DNA of 64,000 nt from positions 11,625 to 75,624 of the forward strand of contig DAHUXD010000039.1 in assembly GCA_027307335.1 (NCBI GenBank). The letters are read 5' to 3'. Each line of letters opens with the position of its first letter. Position 1 is the first letter of the stretch. The translations under genes were made by a program, and so were the position numbers. This DNA comes from Acidobacteriota bacterium. Lineage in GTDB: Bacteria; Acidobacteriota; Thermoanaerobaculia; UBA5066; Gp7-AA6. The notes below the pieces were generated by a model. It did not search any database. It had not been told where the DNA came from and worked only from the letters and a program-made list of their open reading frames with translations. Positions 53,851 to 63,296 of the stretch are shown piece after piece.

Positions 53851-56697
53851 ATGAGACGCTTCGCCGCCGCCCTGGCGCTCGCTCTGGCGCCGCTCGCCGC
53901 CCTCGCGCAGGTCCTGCCCGGCCACCGCCTGCCCGACGGGGCCGACCGCCCGGTCCGGGACCGCGCGTACCACATCGAGAAATACGTCGCGGAGCTCTCC
54001 TTCGACATGGAGAAGGAGGAGATCGCCGGAACGGCGACGGTCACGTTCCAGTCGCTGCGGGCGCCGCTCGACACGCTCTCGCTCGACGCGGCGCGGCTCG
54101 ACGTCTCGCGCGTCGAGCGCGACGGAAAGCCTCTCCAGTTCCAGGTGGATTCGAAGAACTTCAAGCTGAACGTGGCGCTCGGAGCGCCGCTCCCGCTGGG
54201 CCAGTCCGCCACCGTCCGCGTCGCCTATCGCGCGCACCCGCGGGTCGGTCTCTACTTCTTCCCCGGCTCCGGCAAGGAGGAGGCGCAGGCCTGGAACTAC
54301 GGCGAGGGAGGCCTGCACGATGCCTGGCTCCCGATCTACAACGACACGAACGACCGCTTCGCCGTCGAGTTCGTGGTGACCGTTCCGAAGGGTTTCACCG
54401 CCGTGTCGAACGGAACGCTCGAGGGGCCCAGGGAGAACGCCGATGGCTCGCGCACGTTCCACTGGGTCGAAGAGAAGCCGATCCCGAATTACCTGATGAC
54501 CGTCGACGTCGGCCACTTCGCGCGGGTGCCGCTCGCGGATGCGAAGGTCGGCGACCGGTCGGTGCCGCTGGCCGTGTGGACGCGACCCGGCGGCGAGGAC
54601 GCCGCCCGGTACACGTTCGGCGACACGCCGAAGATGGTCGAGTTCTTCTCGCAGAAGATGGGCTACCCGTACCCGTGGGTGAAATACGACCAGGTCGTCG
54701 TCCGCGACTTCGCGGTCGGCGCGATGGAGACCACGACCGCGACGGGCTTCGGCGCCTCGCACGTCCACGTCGCGGGCGATCCGCCCGACTCGGGCCCCGA
54801 CTTCTCCGAGGCGTGGCCCGTCTTCACGGTCGAGGACACGATCTCGCACGAGCTCGCGCACCACTGGTTCGGCGACCTCGTGACCTGCCGCTCGATCGGA
54901 TCGATCTGGCTGAACGAGTCCTTCGCGACGTTCTGGCACACGGTCTGGAACCAGCACGCCCACGGCGAGGACGACCTGACCTACCAGCGCTGGTGGTACC
55001 TGAACAAGTACGTCGACCACACCCGGGAGACGGGCGAGGTTCGCCCGATGGAGTACCTGAAGTACACGGAGCCGACCGCGATGTATCAGGAGGAGCTGAC
55101 GTACGTGAAGGGCTCCCTCGTCCTCCACATGCTGCGGCACTTCCTCGGCGACGAGGACTTCTACCGGATGATCGCGTCGTACCTGCAGCGGCACCAGTTC
55201 GGCAGCGTCGAGTCGGCGGACCTCTACGAGGCGATCGAGCTCGCCGCGGGGCACAACTTCTCGTGGTTCTTCCAGGACTGGATCGTCGGGGGCGGAGGGC
55301 ATCCCCGGTTCGACGTCTCCTACCGGTGGGTCCCCGAGCGCCAGCAGGTCGACGTCACGGTCAAGCAGATCCAGGCGGACCTGCCGTTCGAGAACGACTT
55401 CCGGCTGCCGGTCGAGATCGAGGTCGTGGATGCCTCCGGCGCGGCCGCGACGCACCGCGTGGAGCTTTCGCGCTGGTCGACGACGGTGGCGCTGCCGGCG
55501 GCGAGCCGGCCGCGGCGCGTCACGTTCGATAAGGGCGGCTGGCTCGTGTGCGAGGTCAAGTACGAGCGGCCGATCGGCGAGGTGCTCGACGAGCTCGACC
55601 ACGCGGACCTCTCGAACCGCCTTCGGGCCGCGCCGCAGCTCGCGGACGACTTCGGCCGCGAACCGCGCGCCGTCGCGGCGCTGTCGCGGGTCCTCGCCGA
55701 CCCGGCGTCGCACTGGGGCCTCAAGCAGGAGGCGGCGCTCGACCTCGGCCGCGCGGGCGGGGCCTCGGCGGCGCGCGCGCTCGAGAAGGCGCTCGCGTCG
55801 GAGCCGAACCCGCGCGTGCGCCGCGCGGTCGCCATCGGCCTCGGCACGTGCGGCGAGGCGTCGTCGGCCGCGGCTCTCCGTCGCGCCGTCGAGACCGACC
55901 GCGCCGAGGACGTGATCGGCGCCGCCGAGATCTCCCTCGGGCGGATCGGCGCTGCGGGCACGAAGGACTTCCTCGTCCGGCAGCTCGCGCGGGACTCGCG
56001 CTGGTGGGACTCGATCCGGGTGTCGGCAGTCAGCGGCCTCGGCAAGCTCGACGATCCGACGCTCGCCGGCACGTTCTCCGGATACACCGATCCGAAATAC
56101 GTTCCGGAGCTCCGGTCGGCCGCGCTTTCGGGATGGCTCGCCGCCGCCCCGGACGATCCGAATCTGTCGGCCGCGCTCCGCACGCTGACGAACGACCGCA
56201 ATCGCGGGATCCGCGAGGACGCGGTCAAGAAGCTCGCCGCGCTCCACCACGCGTCGGACCTCGCGCTGCTCAAGGAGCTCGAGGCAGATCCGGATCCGAC
56301 GATCGCCTACTTCGCGAAGGCGGGGGCGGAGGAGACGGAGGGTTTCGTGAAACGGTATGGGCGGGGCTTGTCCCCGCCCGCTCGCGGGCGGCCGCAAGGG
56401 CCGCCCCTACGGCGGAGTGAGCCTCAGGCCGCGGCCTCCCCGTCCCTCACGATCCTTCCGTCCTTGATCTCCACCACCCGTCCCGCGCGCCGGGCGAGCG
56501 TCAGGTCGTGCGTGATGACGACGAGCGTCGAGCCCTGCTGCCAGAGCTCGGTGAAGAGGCCCATGATGTCGCCGCCGGCCGAAGTGTCGAGGTTCCCGGT
56601 CGGCTCGTCCGCGAGGATCACGTCCGGCTTCATCGCGAGCGCGCGGGCGATCGCGACTCGCTGCATCTGCCCGCCCGAGAGCTCGGTCGGCTTGTGA
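53851..56697 (+). CDS. M1-family zinc aminopeptidase (aminopeptidase N-like); ORF as read extends past the probable ancestral stop at 56356-56358
   Basis: A signal peptide, the GAMEN-like VGAMETT, HELAHHWFGDLVT (HEXXH) and NESFATF, and C-terminal HEAT-like repeats. The last ~113 codons are S/P/R-rich and antisense to the ABC ATPase gene. Confidence 0.8.
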   Translation: MRRFAAALALALAPLAALAQVLPGHRLPDGADRPVRDRAYHIEKYVAELSFDMEKEEIAGTATVTFQSLRAPLDTLSLDAARLDVSRVERDGKPLQFQVDSKNFKLNVALGAPLPLGQSATVRVAYRAHPRVGLYFFPGSGKEEAQAWNYGEGGLHDAWLPIYNDTNDRFAVEFVVTVPKGFTAVSNGTLEGPRENADGSRTFHWVEEKPIPNYLMTVDVGHFARVPLADAKVGDRSVPLAVWTRPGGEDAARYTFGDTPKMVEFFSQKMGYPYPWVKYDQVVVRDFAVGAMETTTATGFGASHVHVAGDPPDSGPDFSEAWPVFTVEDTISHELAHHWFGDLVTCRSIGSIWLNESFATFWHTVWNQHAHGEDDLTYQRWWYLNKYVDHTRETGEVRPMEYLKYTEPTAMYQEELTYVKGSLVLHMLRHFLGDEDFYRMIASYLQRHQFGSVESADLYEAIELAAGHNFSWFFQDWIVGGGGHPRFDVSYRWVPERQQVDVTVKQIQADLPFENDFRLPVEIEVVDASGAAATHRVELSRWSTTVALPAASRPRRVTFDKGGWLVCEVKYERPIGEVLDELDHADLSNRLRAAPQLADDFGREPRAVAALSRVLADPASHWGLKQEAALDLGRAGGASAARALEKALASEPNPRVRRAVAIGLGTCGEASSAAALRRAVETDRAEDVIGAAEISLGRIGAAGTKDFLVRQLARDSRWWDSIRVSAVSGLGKLDDPTLAGTFSGYTDPKYVPELRSAALSGWLAAAPDDPNLSAALRTLTNDRNRGIREDAVKKLAALHHASDLALLKELEADPDPTIAYFAKAGAEETEGFVKRYGRGLSPPARGRPQGPPLRRSEPQAAASPSLTILPSLISTTRPARRASVRSCVMTTSVEPCCQSSVKRPMMSPPAEVSRFPVGSSARITSGFIASARAIATRCICPPESSVGL
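56355..56410. repeat. REP-like double-hairpin element, copy 3 (leading GTAGGGG altered to GTATGGG)
   Basis: TATGGGCGGGGCTTGTCCCCGCCC-GCTCGC-GGGCGGCCGCAAGGGCCGCCC-CTAC. Confidence 0.65.
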
Positions 56698-57113
56698 TCC
56701 ATGCGATCGCCGAGGCCGACCTTCGTCAGGAGCTCCACGACCCGCTCGCGCCGCTTCCTCGGCGGCACGCCCCCGAAGAGGAGCGGCAGCTCGACGTTCT
56801 CGAAGGCCGAGATCTGCGACAGGAGATTGAAGCCCTGGAAGACGAAGCCGACGCGGCGGTTGCGCACGTCGGCGAGCGCGTCGCGCGTGAACTTCGAGAC
56901 GTCCTCGCCGCCCAGGCGGTACCGCCCCTCGGTCGGCGTGTCGAGGCAGCCGATCAGGTTCATCAGCGTGGACTTCCCGGAACCCGACGGCCCGACGACC
57001 GCCACGAACTCGCCCTGCTGAACGGAGAAGTCGATGCCCATCAGGGCCTCGACCTTCACCTTGCCGGTGTCGTACACCTTCCGGATCCCCTGCATCTCGA
57101 TGATGGCGGTCAT
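56424..57113 (-). CDS. ABC transporter ATP-binding protein (MacB/LolD-like ATPase)
   Basis: Walker A GPSGSGKST, signature LSGGQMQRVAIARAL, Walker B ILADEPTGNLD. Confidence 0.85.
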   Translation of the reverse strand: MTAIIEMQGIRKVYDTGKVKVEALMGIDFSVQQGEFVAVVGPSGSGKSTLMNLIGCLDTPTEGRYRLGGEDVSKFTRDALADVRNRRVGFVFQGFNLLSQISAFENVELPLLFGGVPPRKRRERVVELLTKVGLGDRMDHKPTELSGGQMQRVAIARALAMKPDVILADEPTGNLDTSAGGDIMGLFTELWQQGSTLVVITHDLTLARRAGRVVEIKDGRIVRDGEAAA

Positions 57114-57125
57114 GGCATCTCCATC

Positions 57126-57196
57126 GGGGTCAGGTCTCTAGAAGAGCGTTCTCGTCTCATTTCTGGACCAAACCGCTCATTGAGAGACCTGACCCC
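57126..57196. repeat. structured inverted-repeat element, copy 2 (GGGGTCAGGTCTCT...AGAGACCTGACCCC)
   Basis: Perfect 14-bp terminal stems around a ~43-nt loop. It fills the gap between the permease stop and the ATPase start. Confidence 0.55.
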
Positions 57197-57197
57197 A

Positions 57198-58454
<1,257 letters not shown>

Positions 58455-58465
58455 GGCTTCGATCG

Positions 58466-59701
58466 CTACAGCTTCATCGCGACCACGGGGTCGAGACGCG
58501 AGGCCTCGCGCGCCGGGAAGTAGCCCGCGACGAGGCCGGTCAGCCCGAGGACCGCCGCGGTCAGGAGCGCGACGCCCATCGAGACGTCCGGATCGCCGAC
58601 GTACTGCGTCACCTTGAAGGACGGGAAGACCGCGCAGACCGCCATCGAGATCCCGAAGCCCACGAGCCCGCCCATCGCGGTGATGAGCAGCGTCTCGAGC
58701 AGGAACTGGCGCAGGATCCACGGCGTCTTCGCGCCGAGGGCCATCTTGATGCCGATCTCCTTGGTGCGCTCCTCGACGACGACGTTCATGATGTTCGACA
58801 CCCCGATGCCGCCGACGATGAGGGTGAACGAGCCGATGATGCCGAGGAACAGCCGGAACGACAGGAAGAACGTCGCGAGGAACGCGAACTGCTCGGTCGC
58901 GTCCCAGACCGAGAAGGCCTCCTTGTCCTCGGGATCGAACCGCTGGCGGCCCGCGAGCACGCGGCGCACGCCGTCGGTGACGGCCTTGCTGTCCTTCATG
59001 ACCGCAGGCTGGTAGATGAGGTTGTCGACCCACTTCGAGCCCGTCAGCGCGCGGAACGTCGTGCCGGGAATGAAGCCCTTGCCGTTGTCGCGGCCGCTGT
59101 AGCTCGACTGCTGGATCTTCTCCTCGAGGACGCCGATCACGAGGAACGGCGAGCCCTTCAGCATCACCGTCTTGCCGACCGGGTCGGTCCCCTTGCCGAA
59201 GACCTGCTCGGCGAGCTTCCAGCCGATGAAGAGGACGCGCCGCTGCTCGTCCATGTCGGTCGGGTTGATGAACCGGCTGCCCGGCTGCGGGTTGATGTTG
59301 CGCATGAAGCCGAACTCCGGTGCAACGCCGGACACGTCGACCGCGACCGTCTTCGTTCCGTAGTTCATCTTCATCGTGTCCGAGTACTCGCTCGAGACCG
59401 CGCGGATGCCCGGCGCCTGCCGGCGGATCGCCTCGACGTCGTCCTCGTTGATGCGGATCTTCCGCCCCTTGCCGAGCCCCTCGAACGGGATCGACGTGAG
59501 GCCCGGCCAGGCGATGCAGATGCCGTCGCCGAGGCCCGCGGCGTTGACCACCATCTGGCTCTGCATGCCCTTGCCGAAGGCGAGGAGCAGCGTGACGGAG
59601 ACCGTTCCCCAGACGATGCCGAAGACGGTCAGGAACGTGCGCAGCTTCTGGCTGCGCATGTCGCGCCACATCTGGCGGAGGGCGTCGCGGAGGGAGAGCA
59701 C
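58466..59701 (-). CDS. ABC transporter permease (FtsX/MacB-like), first of two
   Basis: MLSLRDALRQMWRDMRSQKLRTFLTVFGIVWG...EERTKEIGIKMALGA shows FtsX topology. Confidence 0.8.
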   Translation of the reverse strand: MLSLRDALRQMWRDMRSQKLRTFLTVFGIVWGTVSVTLLLAFGKGMQSQMVVNAAGLGDGICIAWPGLTSIPFEGLGKGRKIRINEDDVEAIRRQAPGIRAVSSEYSDTMKMNYGTKTVAVDVSGVAPEFGFMRNINPQPGSRFINPTDMDEQRRVLFIGWKLAEQVFGKGTDPVGKTVMLKGSPFLVIGVLEEKIQQSSYSGRDNGKGFIPGTTFRALTGSKWVDNLIYQPAVMKDSKAVTDGVRRVLAGRQRFDPEDKEAFSVWDATEQFAFLATFFLSFRLFLGIIGSFTLIVGGIGVSNIMNVVVEERTKEIGIKMALGAKTPWILRQFLLETLLITAMGGLVGFGISMAVCAVFPSFKVTQYVGDPDVSMGVALLTAAVLGLTGLVAGYFPAREASRLDPVVAMKL

Positions 59702-59715
59702 GTCAGAGATCCGTC

Positions 59716-59767
59716 GTAGGGGCGGGGCTCGTCCCCGCCCGCGGGCGGCCGCAAGGGCCGCCCCTAC
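59716..59767. repeat. REP-like double-hairpin element, copy 4
   Basis: GTAGGGGCGGGGCTCGTCCCCGCCC-GCG-GGCGGCCGCAAGGGCCGCCC-CTAC. Confidence 0.65.
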
Positions 59768-59804
59768 GTTGCCGCGGCTCGGCCGGGTTCATCGACGAAA
59801 AATC

Positions 59805-60923
59805 CTAGTCGACGGCCGACGTCAGCTTCTTCGGCGGCCGCTCCAGGACCTTCGCCCCCATCGAGAGGCCATCGACCACCTGGGTCGTCAGCCCGTCGGA
59901 GACGCCGAGCTTGACCGCGACCTTCTTCGCCGGCTCCTTCGGGGTCGCGCCCGGCAGCTCGACGGAGGTCTTCTTGCCGCCGTCCTCGAAGATCACGACG
60001 CGCTCGGGGATCGTCGGGACGTCCTTGACCTCGCGGATGATCAGGTCCGCGTTGGCGGAGTAGCCCGCGCGGAGCGTGATGTGGGAGGCCGGGTCGAGCT
60101 CGATCTCGACGTCGAAGAGCGTCGCGCCCTCCTTCTGCTGTGCCTGCGGCGCGATGCGCGAGACCTTTCCCGTGACGACGTCGGTCGGCAGCGCGCCGAC
60201 CTTGATGCGCGCGATCATGCCGGCGTGGAGCTTGCCGACGTCGATCTCGTCCACCGTGCCCTTGAAGATCAGGTCGCCCATGTCGGCGATCGCGGCGAGC
60301 TCCGTGCCCGGCTGGTACGAGGTCAGCGGTACGACCGGGTCGCCCGGGTTCACGGCGCGCGTCAGGACGGTGCCCGCCGCGGGCGCGCGGATGATCGACT
60401 CCATGTTGACCGTCTCGGTCGTGATCTTGCCGTTGCGGGTCAGGTCGCGCTGCTGCTCGGCCTTCGCGACGGCCACCTTCGCGAGCTCGTACGCTTCGCG
60501 CTTGACGTCGAGGTCCGACGTCGGAAGCACGCCGTCCTTCGACAGCTGCTGGGCCCGATCGAACTCCGCCTTCGCCCGGTCCAGGGTCGCGCGCGTCGAG
60601 TCGAGCTGTCGGTCGACGTCGGTCAGCTCCTGCGGCGTCGGGTCCGGCGCGATCTCCAGGAGCGCGTCGCCGGGCCTCACGCGGTCGCCGACGTTGACCA
60701 TGCAGCGCTTGACGATGCCCGAGATCTTGGACTTGATCGAGAACTTCTGACGGGGCTGGATCTGGCCGACGGCGAGGGCCTTCTCGGTGATCGAGCCCTT
60801 CTCGACGGTCACCAATTTCCGGTCGCCGTCGGCGCCCTTGCCGTTCCGGGTCAGGGCGTACACGCCCGCCGCGGCGGCGACCAGCACGAAAAGCAGCAGC
60901 AGCGTCTTGAAGAGCCTGGACAT
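59805..60923 (-). CDS. efflux periplasmic adaptor (HlyD/MacA-like membrane fusion protein)
   Basis: An N-terminal anchor, coiled-coil, lipoyl and beta-barrel segments; GGGAGGA precedes the ATG at 60923. Confidence 0.8.
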   Translation of the reverse strand: MSRLFKTLLLLFVLVAAAAGVYALTRNGKGADGDRKLVTVEKGSITEKALAVGQIQPRQKFSIKSKISGIVKRCMVNVGDRVRPGDALLEIAPDPTPQELTDVDRQLDSTRATLDRAKAEFDRAQQLSKDGVLPTSDLDVKREAYELAKVAVAKAEQQRDLTRNGKITTETVNMESIIRAPAAGTVLTRAVNPGDPVVPLTSYQPGTELAAIADMGDLIFKGTVDEIDVGKLHAGMIARIKVGALPTDVVTGKVSRIAPQAQQKEGATLFDVEIELDPASHITLRAGYSANADLIIREVKDVPTIPERVVIFEDGGKKTSVELPGATPKEPAKKVAVKLGVSDGLTTQVVDGLSMGAKVLERPPKKLTSAVD

Positions 60924-61105
60924 GCCATCCTCCCGGGCGAAGAAGCGTCGCATCGCGCCGCTCAACGAAACCTTCCTTCGAAGGGAGTTACGCACCGGCC
61001 CATGGGAAGTTCCTCCGTTGAGACGCCGGAACGCCGCCCTTCGTTGCGGCCGGCGCTCGTAATCGGGCGGCCCTTCCGATATCGTTGGATGGCAAGGAGT
61101 TGCGC
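60924..61105. promoter_or_regulatory. divergent intergenic region with inverted repeats
   Basis: CTCAACG and CGTTGAG are 7-bp inverted repeats ~50 nt apart, and there is a CTTCGAAG palindrome. Confidence 0.3.
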
Positions 61106-61633
61106 GTGATTCGAGGCGTACGGGTCTATCTCCGGGCCGTTGAGCGGGACGACCTGCCGCGGTGCCACCGCTGGATGAACGACGAGAAGCTCGTCGCCAC
61201 CCTCGCGCAGCGCTATCCGATGTCGGTCGCGCGCGAGGCGGACTGGATCGAGCGGGCCGCCCGCGGGCAGGACCCGTCGGAGCTCTCGCTCGCGATCTGT
61301 CTCTCGGACGACGACCGGCACATCGGCAACTGCGGGCTCGTGGGAATCGATCGCGACAACCGCACCGCGACGCTCGGCATCTTCATCGGCGAGGAAGAGT
61401 TCCGGGGCCGCGGCTTCGGGGCTGAGGCGCTGCGTCTGCTGTGCCGCTACGGGTTCGACGAACTCGACCTCCGCAAGATCCGGCTCGACGTGCAGGCGGA
61501 GAACGCCGCGGCGATGAAGACGTACGAGCGGCTCGGGTTCAAGCGCGAGGGGCTCCTGCGGGAAGAGGTCTACCGCAAGGGCCGGACGATCGACGTCGTC
61601 CGCATGGGGCTGCTGAAGGAAGAGATCACGTAG
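61106..61633 (+). CDS. GNAT N-acetyltransferase (RimJ/RimL-like)
   Basis: LGIFIGEEEFRGRGFGAEALRLLCRYGFDELDLRKIRLDVQAENAAAMKTYERLGF; AAGGAG lies 6 nt before the GTG at 61106. Confidence 0.7.
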   Translation: MIRGVRVYLRAVERDDLPRCHRWMNDEKLVATLAQRYPMSVAREADWIERAARGQDPSELSLAICLSDDDRHIGNCGLVGIDRDNRTATLGIFIGEEEFRGRGFGAEALRLLCRYGFDELDLRKIRLDVQAENAAAMKTYERLGFKREGLLREEVYRKGRTIDVVRMGLLKEEIT

Positions 61634-61706
61634 CGTTCCATGCGGCGCGTTCGTCATCCCGAGGGCCGCTGGCCCGAGGGAGCCGCACCATGACTCGAAA
61701 GGATCC

Positions 61707-63284
61707 CTGACGCTCCGCCGTTTTCTCCGCGACGTCCGCGACGTCCGCGACGGAGCGCTCCTCGTCGAATTCCCGGAGGCGTCCGACGAGGAGGCCAATG
61801 GCGCCGCGGTCGCTCTCGCGCGGCGCCTGTCCGCGGCGTCGATTCACGGGTTCCGCGACGCGATTCCCGCCGCGCGGACCGTCCTCGTCCTGTTCGACGT
61901 CCGGGACGCATCCCGAGGCGCCGTGGAGGAGGCGATCGAGCGGGCCGCGGGGCGGACGGAGCCGGCCGCCGGGGCGTCGCGTCTCGTCCGGATCCCGGTC
62001 GCGTACGGCGGCGCGGCGGCATTCGACCTCGCGGAGCTCGCCCGCGGCGCCGGTCTGCCGGAGGCGGAGCTCGCGCGCCGGCACGCCGCGGCCGAGTACC
62101 GCGTCGCCTTCCTCGGCTTCGCGCCGGGGTTCCCGTACCTGACCGGGCTCCCGCCCGAGCTTCGCGCGGCGCGGCTCCCGAGCCCGCGGCCGCGGGTCCC
62201 GGCGGGAGCCGTCGCGATCGGCGGCCCCTGGACGGGCGTGTATCCGGCGGCGATGCCGGGGGGCTGGCGGCTCATCGGAAGGACCTCCGCGCGCCTCTTC
62301 GACGCGGGCGCGTCCCGGCCGGCTCTTCTCGCCGCGGGCGACCGCGTGCGCTTCGAGCCGGCCGCCGAGGGCGAGCTGCCGGTCGTCGCGGCCGCCGCTT
62401 CGCGCCCGCGCTCGCTCGACGGTCGTGCGGCCTTCCGCGTCGAGGCGCCGGGTCTCTTCGCGTCCGTCCAGGGCGCGCCGCGGTATGGCCTCGGGTCCTC
62501 GGGCGTGCCGCCCGGCGGCGCGATGGACCTCCGCTCGCTCGCCCGGGCGAACGCTCTCGTCGGCAACGGGGCGGACGATCCGGCTCTCGAGATCGCGCTC
62601 GCCGGACCCGAGCTCGTGGCGCTCGAGGACTCGGTCGTCGCGCTCGCCGGCGCGCCCTGCGTGGCGGAGATCGACGGCCGTCCGGCGCCTCTCGCGGAGG
62701 CGTTCCTCCTCCCGACGGGCCGTCGGCTGCGAATCGGGCGGGTCCATGGGGGCGCCCGCGTCTATCTCGCGGTCGAGGGTGGTTTCGACGCCGAGGACGC
62801 GCCGGGACGGCTGTCGCCGCCACTCGCCGGCGGGCAGGTGCTCGCCGTTCGGCCGACGGCTACCCCGCGGGGCTCCGGCCGCATCCCGGGCGGACCGGAA
62901 CGGGAGGCGGAGCGCGTGCTGCGCGTCGCGGTCGGGCCGCACTCGGACCACTTCGAGCCGGCGTCCGCGGATCGCCTCCTCGCCGCAACCTGGCGCGTGT
63001 CGCCGGTGAGCGACCGGCGGGGGCTTCGCCTCGAGGGCGAGCGCCTCGAGCATGGACGGCCGGCCGAGGTGCCGCCCCAGGGGACCGTGCCGGGCACGAT
63101 CCAGGTTCCCGGCGACGGGCAGCCGATCGTGCTCGGACCCGACGGGCCGGTGACCGGCGGCTACCCCCAGATCGCGACGGTGATCGAGGCGGATCTCCCG
63201 CATCTCGGTCAGGCGGCGCCGGGAGACCGGCTCCGATTTCGAATCGCGACGCGCGAGGACGCCGAGGCCGCGCGCCGGGAGTAG
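61707..63284 (+). CDS. fused 5-oxoprolinase subunits PxpB-PxpC (allophanate hydrolase subunit 1+2 / KipI-KipA-like)
   Basis: GALLVEF...IPVAYGG...FLGFAPGFPYL is PxpB-like; the carboxyltransferase-like half GAMDLRSLARANALVGN is PxpC-like; ~525 aa matches the sum of the two. There is no ATG/GTG/TTG in frame upstream of the conserved N-terminus; the nearest candidate is CTG 61707. Confidence 0.7.
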   Translation: MTLRRFLRDVRDVRDGALLVEFPEASDEEANGAAVALARRLSAASIHGFRDAIPAARTVLVLFDVRDASRGAVEEAIERAAGRTEPAAGASRLVRIPVAYGGAAAFDLAELARGAGLPEAELARRHAAAEYRVAFLGFAPGFPYLTGLPPELRAARLPSPRPRVPAGAVAIGGPWTGVYPAAMPGGWRLIGRTSARLFDAGASRPALLAAGDRVRFEPAAEGELPVVAAAASRPRSLDGRAAFRVEAPGLFASVQGAPRYGLGSSGVPPGGAMDLRSLARANALVGNGADDPALEIALAGPELVALEDSVVALAGAPCVAEIDGRPAPLAEAFLLPTGRRLRIGRVHGGARVYLAVEGGFDAEDAPGRLSPPLAGGQVLAVRPTATPRGSGRIPGGPEREAERVLRVAVGPHSDHFEPASADRLLAATWRVSPVSDRRGLRLEGERLEHGRPAEVPPQGTVPGTIQVPGDGQPIVLGPDGPVTGGYPQIATVIEADLPHLGQAAPGDRLRFRIATREDAEAARRE

Positions 63285-63296
63285 GATGAACATCCC

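Noticed and set aside
48629-53851. 1740-aa minus-strand ORF, with a similar one at 46352-48484
   Set aside because: Antisense to the A2M gene, whose sense frame has the CVEQ thioester motif and MG-domain periodicity.
53188-56397. 1069-aa minus-strand ORF
   Set aside because: Only the first 200 codons (53188-53787) form a YceI-family protein with a signal peptide. The remainder is antisense to the M1 peptidase (HEXXH/GAMEN present on the + strand).
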